DNA of 64,000 nt from Octopus vulgaris (taxonomy: Eukaryota), in assembly GCA_951406725.2 (NCBI GenBank), contig OX597830.1:55986001-56050000 (forward strand). Reading direction: 5' to 3'. Under the pieces are notes generated by a model, which searched no databases, had not been told where the DNA came from, and saw nothing but the letters and a program-made list of their open reading frames with translations. This document shows positions 41,801 to 50,800 of this stretch, piece by piece. The position numbers and the translations under genes are program-made. Position 1 is the stretch's first letter. Every line of letters starts with the position of its first letter.

Positions 41801-44800
41801 TTTAGTATTTAAACCGGTCATATCTGGCCAAAATATTTAATCTGTTTTATGTTCAAACTGACTGGATCCAGGCTCTCACACCTACCCTACAATGTTATTC
41901 TACATTAAGTAATTACACCATCAAGATCTTGAAGATATGAGATAATGCATGATTAATTCAAATCAATGTGAATCAATAAGCATGTTTGATAGAATAATTG
42001 GAACACTAAAGGGTTAAACAGACAATATTTCAATGTCTTTTTAAGTTATTTTCAAGTGAATAACATTACAAAAATTTTTTTGGCATATTTAAAAAATATT
42101 CTAAAGTGAAAATTAAATTATAGATTTCATAAAATATTTGTGCTTTGTATAATGTTGAAACAAGCCACTAAGACAAGAAATATATATTTAACCTGTTATC
42201 AGCTGAGTATATTACAATTAGATGACGACAACAACTGAGTGCTAACTGTTTAGTCCAGGCCAGCCAATAAGTGAGTAGGTCAATGATCAAAAGTGTTCTG
42301 TGACCATCATGTTTCTTGCCTTGTTAGATATCTAAGATGATACGGACCATGTAATTTTTTTTAACATACTAAGAGATCCTATAAGAGGAAGATTGGTTGC
42401 TGTTTGTCGCAGTTTGAGTTACTGCTTAGAGCATCTCTTGATTCATGAAAACGGTGACAGAAGATGGTGGTGACAATAATGGTAGCGATGATGATGATGA
42501 GTGATAATAGTGATGAGGAAAAACATACATACCCTTCTTGTGATGCTTCCCAGACAGAATTAACCCAATCAGGTAACATAATGTATTTTTTCAGGTTACT
42601 TGCCACCTGTAATAAAGATATACACTCTGTTATATATTAAACAATATCATATGATCTCTTTACATCCCATTACAACCCAATTCAATTAGGGTTAACTGTG
42701 TCTAAATAAACCTGTGTAAATTACCGACACAACGAGAGAAAAAAAATGAATACTTGAGTTTACATTGGCACCTGTTAATATTGCATATCTTTTGGTGTTC
42801 TGTCTTCTTCATCTGAGAAGATGGTCCATAGTTCACTTAATTGTTTTAAGTTAGTTTCCTGACAAAGATTAGATGAATGCATCTTATCGAGGCACTGTTT
42901 TATAATCAAATGTCCTTCTTGTTGGTAACCTTAACCTGGCTTTCAAATAAAGGATATTTTCTTCCCACTAATCTTTGAAAGAACAGAGTTGCCAGTCAAA
43001 TTGTTGACAGAGAATGTCAACAAACATCACTGTTTTAGCTCAATGCTTTCAAGCAAAAAGGCAAAAAAGTACACATTTACACAGACACACATGCATGCAT
43101 GCACACACATGCTTTTTATATAATCTATATTAAGAGCTGGGAAATGAGAACAGGAAAGCGATCTACCTGGTATTTACTGCTACCAACCATTCCAGCCACA
43201 AGATGTGTCACATTTTCAGTAAAGTTGCGTTGGATTTCACCACCCATCATCAAAACTTTCATGTGTAAAGATTCCTGTATAGACAATTTAAAATAAAAAA
43301 AAAAATCGTGTTATGACAGATTCAAAGTATTGAGTGAGAATGAAAACATGTGATATGGATATTGGACGTATGTCATATGTCAGAAACATGTAGAAAATAA
43401 ACTGCATGTGGAATGACAGGGATGTGGTGACAACTTAACATTATGTTAGTGTTGGCATATTACACTAGTGTTAAAATGAACACTTTAACAATGGCATGTC
43501 AACATTACAATAATGACTAGTTAACATACACACTATTAATATGTTAACAATACACTACAATAATGAAATCTCAACACTACTGTAATGAAATGCTGGCATA
43601 CACAACAATAAGAACATGTCAACATCACAATGTCATGTTGACATACACCACAATAATGACGTCAACAATACACTACAACATGTCAACATTACACTAATGA
43701 CATGCTAACATGTCTATGATAATGATATGTCAACAATACACAACAACAATAGCTGATCTCTAATTGTGGAGGGAACCTGTGGGAGGGGTACACCAGGAAG
43801 ACTTGGGACGAGGTGGTGAAATATAACATTCAGTTGTTGAGCATCAAGGATGCAACGACAAGTGACTGAGATTTCTAGCAATTTGCTGTGCTTGAGAAGA
43901 CACATCAAGCTAAGTGAATTGTTGTCATTGCCAATAACACATAAAAGGAACCCATGCCAGTGAAACATTAAAAACACCCAATACACTCTAAAGTGGGTGG
44001 ATTTAGTAAGGGCATCTAGCTGTAGAAACCAAGTCAAAACAGATGATTGGAGCCTGATGCAGCTCTCCAACATACCAGTCCCAGCCAAATCATCTAACAC
44101 ATGCCAGCATGGAGAATGGACTTAAATGAGAATGATGAATACAAGTTTGCTAAGATGCCAGAGAATCTGCCAAACGGTTGAAAAATTAACAAAGACAAAT
44201 ACATTTTACTCTCAATAGTTTATTCTAATGATATATACACTACAGGGAAATCTGTTTCTCTGCTGTATTTAACAAGTGATTTCTGTGGTTAGCAGAGCTG
44301 CTCCTAAATCTTCTCCTGGGCCTAGATGAAGGCAGTTGAGCTCAATTCAAGCTATCGCACAAAGACTTTCAGTGAAACAAAAACAAGAATATAACTTTGT
44401 TACTGACCATATTTTTAATTAATTTTGAAAACAATCAAGAGTTTGGAGGAGTTTAATAAATTTAAACCTTTTTTTTTTATTACCAAGTTTGGAATGTGCA
44501 AAACGTTTATATTAGACACCATAAGCACCAATTTTAGACAGAAAATAGCAACAGGTCGCCTGAAGGGAATCAAATGCAATAAACAATTACCCGATAGATC
44601 ACCTGTAATTTCTTTTCAATTTAACAACCATATATTGATCTTCTATTCTTAAGTGTATTATTATATCCCCACAAAATACTTCATCAGACACTTCACTACA
44701 GTGCAGCAATATAATTAAGTGGTTTACCTGAGTTTGATGGTTATAACAAGAAATAGCTCTATGGATCAAATTGTGAATGAATTAAGTCAAAACCAAATAA

Positions 44801-47800
44801 TGCTTTTTACAGTAGGCACATGCCCTGAAATTATATCAACTCTAGTGCTTAACTGGTACTTATCAATCCCAAAAGGTTGAAGGGCAAAGTTAACCTCAGT
44901 GGAACAGAACTCAGAATGCAAAGCTGGAAGAAATCCCACTAAGCATTTTGTCCAGTACAGTAATGATTCTGCTTCCTTGCCACCTTCATCAAGACTAAAT
45001 CACAGAAACAATTTATAGTTGCAAGTTTGAGAAACTGGAATGGTAGATATCCTGTAGGAAACAAGATCACTCAGGAAACAATATATAAGTTGAGTTTTGT
45101 CAAGATCCCTATTCCTTGTGAGTATACCCTGGCACTTCACCACCATCTCTGTCTTGCTCTCTCTTCTACGTTTACCGTCTTCCACTCTCTTTCCTCTGGT
45201 TGGGTTGCCATGTATCTCCTCTACAGTAGCACACCTGTTTCTGTTCTCATTCTTGATCACTCTCTCTCTCTCCTCTTGCTCCCTCTCTGGCTAGGTAACC
45301 AAGTATCTCCTTCATGTCAGCACACCTGTATCTGCCCTCTTTCTTGTTACCGCTCTCCCACCTCTTTCTCTCTCTTCTTTTCCTTTTTCTCTCTTCCTCT
45401 CCCTCTCTGGCTAGGTAACCAAGTATCTCCTTCATGTCAGCACACCTGTATCTGTCCTCTTTCTTGTTACCTTTCTCCCACCTCTTTCTCTCTTCCTCTC
45501 CCTTTTTCTCTCTCTCTCTGGTTAGGTAACCATGTACCTCCTCTACAGCAAGACATCTGTTTCTGCCCCTCTGTTACACTCTAACCTTTCATTATCTGAT
45601 ACAAAATCACCTCCTTCAATGTCCCTCCCTTCTCAAAATTCCTTGTCTTGCAAGTTACTTGGTGATCCAGCACATGCTTGTGGCACATAACAAGCATCCA
45701 GTCCACACTGTGAGGTGGCTGGCATTTGGAAGGGCATCCAGCAGTAAAAACCATGCCAAATCTGACCTCACTTGTGCTGGTACCATGTAAAATGCACTCG
45801 GTTCACTCTACAGAGTGGTTAGAGATAAGAAAGGCATCCAACCATAAAATCTATTTCAAAAAAGACACAGCAGCCTGGGGTAGTCGTCTACCTAGCAGGC
45901 TCTTGCTGAACCATCCAACTCATGCCAGCATGGAAAGCGGACACTTTAAACAATGATGATGATGAATGTCTAGCAACATAAAAATCCTAGCAGTTAATGC
46001 ATAATTCACAAAAGATTAACACATGTTCCCATACCTTAATGGTTTGGCAACAGAAAATAATAGAACGCATAACAAACTTAAACATAAGTACTGCAGTCAA
46101 TTTGTTGGACTAAATCCTTCAAAGTAGTGCCTCAGCATGGCCGCAGTCCAATGACTGAAACAAGTAAAAGATAAAAGTTAATTATGATGAAACAGTTTAG
46201 TTTAAAATAAGTGGTTTTACACAGTATAATTCAAGGTGGACTGTCATCAAAAATGTTGAATCATAACTTACCCGCAATACCTTATCAATATTCGTACAGC
46301 TTATGATGGTGTCCTTCATGGCTAAATTATGGATTGGTACTTTAGTACGAGGAATTTCCTAAACAGACAGAAAATGTCGAGTTAGTCATTGATTTAGGTT
46401 TAGATATTTTTCCTCTGGTTATTATTAGCAATTTAATGGAGGCCAAATAGCCAATAGGGTAAGATACTGGATTTTATAATTTAGGTTGCTAGTTCAAAAT
46501 CTAATGAAGCTATACAAAACAGTGTTTACGAAAGGTACACTTAATTTTGTTATCTGTATCCAAACTAAAAGTTGCCAATAGCTAGCAGGTTTTGCTGAAA
46601 GGTCATCAATGAGGTGAAAGTAGCCTATCTAACAGCCATCAAACCTGAGATAATAAATAGTCTTTTGAAATTTCAGTAAACATTCAAATACTCTCTCAAA
46701 AAAGACAAAAAATATATTTGACTTTCTAAGAGTAGTAGTTGAAGTTGTTCTCTATTTATAGTGCAGTTTCATAATTGGAAATTTTGTGTGTAGTGTATGT
46801 ATGTATATACACACACATTATATTTGAAAAGTAAGGCGTACCTTTTTAGTAAACATACAAACGAAAGTAAAAAAAAAATGGTTACATTCTGTTTAAAGAG
46901 ACATTAAACAACGTCTTTAGATAAAATCTAACAATTGATGAGATGTTGTTGGAAAGGATATGTCCTACCCACGCAAGCACTGAAAATGCAGCTTTAAAAA
47001 TGATAACAATGGATATATAAATTTAAAATGCTCCAATTTAATAGCAAAACTTACCACTTTAAGTTCCAAACAAGTTAATACACAGATTGGGCCTAAAATT
47101 CTGGAAAATAAAAAAATAAAATAAAAATAAAATGGGAAAATATTACAAAATGAAAAATATCCAACTTGAATGGAAACCTGAGGTAATTAATAAAACATAA
47201 GAATCATTATAAACACATATTTTTATACATATTTATAGACTTTATAAATAGAACTTATGAAGTGATTTCCTTGCAAGCTAATAGATGTGTATATAATGTG
47301 GCCTGCAAATAATTCAAAGAACCACTGTGACTATCGTAATTGATATGTGAGAGTACGGGATGCAGATTTTATGGAAATTTGAAGATAATGTTTATAGTTC
47401 ATATACATAATTTTGCAAATGATCAATATCAGGAACCTAAATTCATGAAAATGTTATGCTTGTCAGTTAATGTCTAACATGGTACAGGTGGGAAAAAAAT
47501 GTCTGCAGAACTGTCTTAAGTTAACACCACCAATGATTTTAAAAATATAGACTCAGTCACCATTATCTTATCACATTAAATCCACTTGCTAGCTAAAAGT
47601 ACTCCTTTCTATGTAACATAATGGAGATGATACTCCCAGACACTACAGTTAACCTCTTCCTCTACCTACATGACAAACATTTATCAGACATGGTCCCAGG
47701 AATTTTTCGAAGAGAGCGCACAAAGTCAGAAGAGAATACAATTCCAGGAGAAAAGGGCATAACATTATTTAGAAGGATGCACTTCTTTTCTTGTGTGTGT

Positions 47801-50800
47801 ATGTGTGTGTGGGGGGGCTCCATCCCTGTTTATATTCCATCTACAATAGGCTACCATCATGGGTTCTTCCTTACATTTAAAGAGAAAGATAAGGAAACAG
47901 GTAACCTTTATTTCAAGTAGCTTTAGACTACCACTGTTAGTCTCTTCTTATCTCACCCCATCTCAACATTATAGAGACAAAGTTTCTCATTCTTATAAAG
48001 TGAAGTCGACACCATCATCATCGTTTAACGTCCGCTTTCCATGCTAGCATGGGTTGGACGACTGACTGAGGGCTGGCGAACCAGATGGCTGCACCAGGCT
48101 TCAATCTTGATCTGGCAGAATTTCTACAGCTGGATCCCCTTCCTAACACCAACCACTCCGAGAGTGTAGTGGGTGCTTTTACGTGCTACCGGCATGGGGC
48201 CAGTCAGGAGGTACTGGCAATGACCTCACTTGAATCTTTTACACATGCCACCAGCACAGGTGCCAGTAAGGCGATGCTGGTAACGATCACGCTCGAATGG
48301 TGTCTTTTACATGCCACCAGCACGGAGGCCAGATAGCTGCTCTGGCAATGGCCATATACTGTAAACTAATGTAAACATGATAGGTTAAAGAGTCTTCCAG
48401 AGACATAGACTCAGAGGGCTGGTTTCCCAGTTTCTGTGACATAATATATAATCCCATCAATGGGACACCAGTCTGTCGCAGGATTACTCATTTTTGTCAG
48501 CTGAGTGAACTGGAACAATGTGAAATGAAATGGGTTTCTCAAGAACACCTGTTGTCCAGTTCAGAAATCAAACCCACAATCTTACAATCATGAGTCCAAC
48601 ACCCTAACCACTAAGTCATGTACCTCCACTTATGCAAACAAACTAAGTAGTACTGGAAAAGAACAGACTAAATTACATCAGGTAATTGAGGAACCTGCAA
48701 GCAACAACAACTGCAATTCAGCTAAAGAGCAAGAACTCTTTAAAAAAAACTGATATAAAGTAGAGGAGGTTCTAGTCCTAACACTATCAATCTCTGAAGT
48801 ACCAGTGGCACAATAAAATGCACCCAATGCATACTGTAACATATAAGCTGCATATATAGCAAAAGGAGCAGCTTTAGGATGAAATCTTCATCTATATAAC
48901 ATAAAAGCTATAAACAGTGCGAAATGTGCATTTGTTGCTCTTGTATTCACTTCCAGGGCAATTTCATTTCACCAAGCTCTGAAGTATATTGTGTTTTTTA
49001 AAACAATAAGTCTATAATGGGAATTTTCCCTCCAAAACTAATTGCAGCCTCTGGCTTAATAATAAATATACATTAAGTATGTTACATAGATAAAAAAATT
49101 TATCTTAGAACTGCTTCCTTCACATATTTTGAATACACACACACAAAGAAATACGATATAGCTATAGTTCTGGTGTCATTTAAACTTCTACTTAGCAGTA
49201 GAAGAAACCTTAACTAGGTCAAAATGTATTCATCTCACTGACCAAGATAGAATGATAGAATGATGCAATGGAAGGCCATATGTGTTTCAGTAATACACAT
49301 GGCTCTAGTAACACTGGAACGGATGGCTGAAAATTTTCATGATCACGTAACCCCCTAACATTTGGCTTCCTAATTCCCCAGATTTCAATCCATTGGACTA
49401 TTACATGTGGAGTGTTATTGAGAGAGAGGTTATTGAACACACCCATAACACCAAAGATTCTTTGAAAGCTGCCATAGTCAGAGTAATGTCCAAAATGAAC
49501 CAGGACCACTTGATTCAAGCATGTAGATGATTTAGATCTCATATAGAAGCAGTTGTTGAAGGTGAAGGTGGCTTTATTGAATAACATTGTAGAAAAGAAG
49601 GTTTATTTTTATCATCATAAAGTTATTATCTGTTATTATATATCTGTTTTTTTTTATAAACATAAATCTGTCCTCAAATATCTTATGCACCCTGTACATA
49701 TATGTGTGTATTTGTTATTGTCTCCTTGTCTTGTCCAATCCATGCAAAATGGACATTAAAATGACAACAATAATATATATGCTCTTACCCAAATTCTACA
49801 TTTTCTGGAAGTGTTTCAAGCAACAGTGGTGTTAGATTAATGACAGAAAACTATGCATTTGTCAAGAGTATATATAAGTCTGTGTGTGTGTGTATGTATA
49901 TATATATATGATGATGATGATCATCATCATCATCGTCATTTAACGTCCGTTTTCCATGCTGGCATGTGTTGGACGGTCCGACTGAGGGCTAGGATGCCAG
50001 AAGGCTGCACTAGGCTCCAATCTGATCTGGCAAAGTCTCTACAGCTGGATGCTGTTCCTAACGCCAACCATTCCGCTAGCTTAAAAGCCACCATATCAGG
50101 CAGCTTTTGAGCTAGCTCCTGTGAAGGGTCTTGGACCCATCAATGACACTTCATGCATTGAGTAAAAACAAAATTTTATTAAACTTGACCAATATTTTTC
50201 AAGCAATAAACAATTTTCCTCAAAACAATGATATAATTTGCCAACTTGGAGCTTTTGCAAAGCTGCATGATAAACAATATTTTTTTGTCTTCCCATTCAG
50301 GGGTTAGTACAATTTTATATTTTTTATCAAACCTCTTTCTCTCTATCTCCCTCTTTCTATTGATAGTTTTCAACCATCACCACCACAGCTGCCCTACACA
50401 CACCATTCAGACTTCTGATGTCACCACAATCAATATCTTTGACTTCACTGCCTTCCCCTCTACCACCATCACCACTGTCTTTCACATCGCTTCCTATCAT
50501 TGCCATCCCTGACCACTTCGGCTACCACCACCACAACTACAGCTCACACTATTACTATCACCCCAACATGAGGAATAGTAGCAGTGTCATTGAATAGTGA
50601 AAGATGGGGGTCGAAGTGTGACACACTGACACACAGAAATTCGTTTTGGCATTTATACATATATCATCATCATCATCATCATCGTTTAGCATCCACTTTC
50701 CATGCTAGCATGGGTTGGACAGTTCAACTGGGGTCTGGGAAGCCAGAAGACTGCACCAGGCCCAGTCTGATCTGGCAATGTTTCTACAGCTGGATGCCCT

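Noticed and set aside
45027-45584. 185-aa ORF with internal repeats
   Set aside because: Arises from a CT-rich tandem duplication inside a repeat; low complexity.
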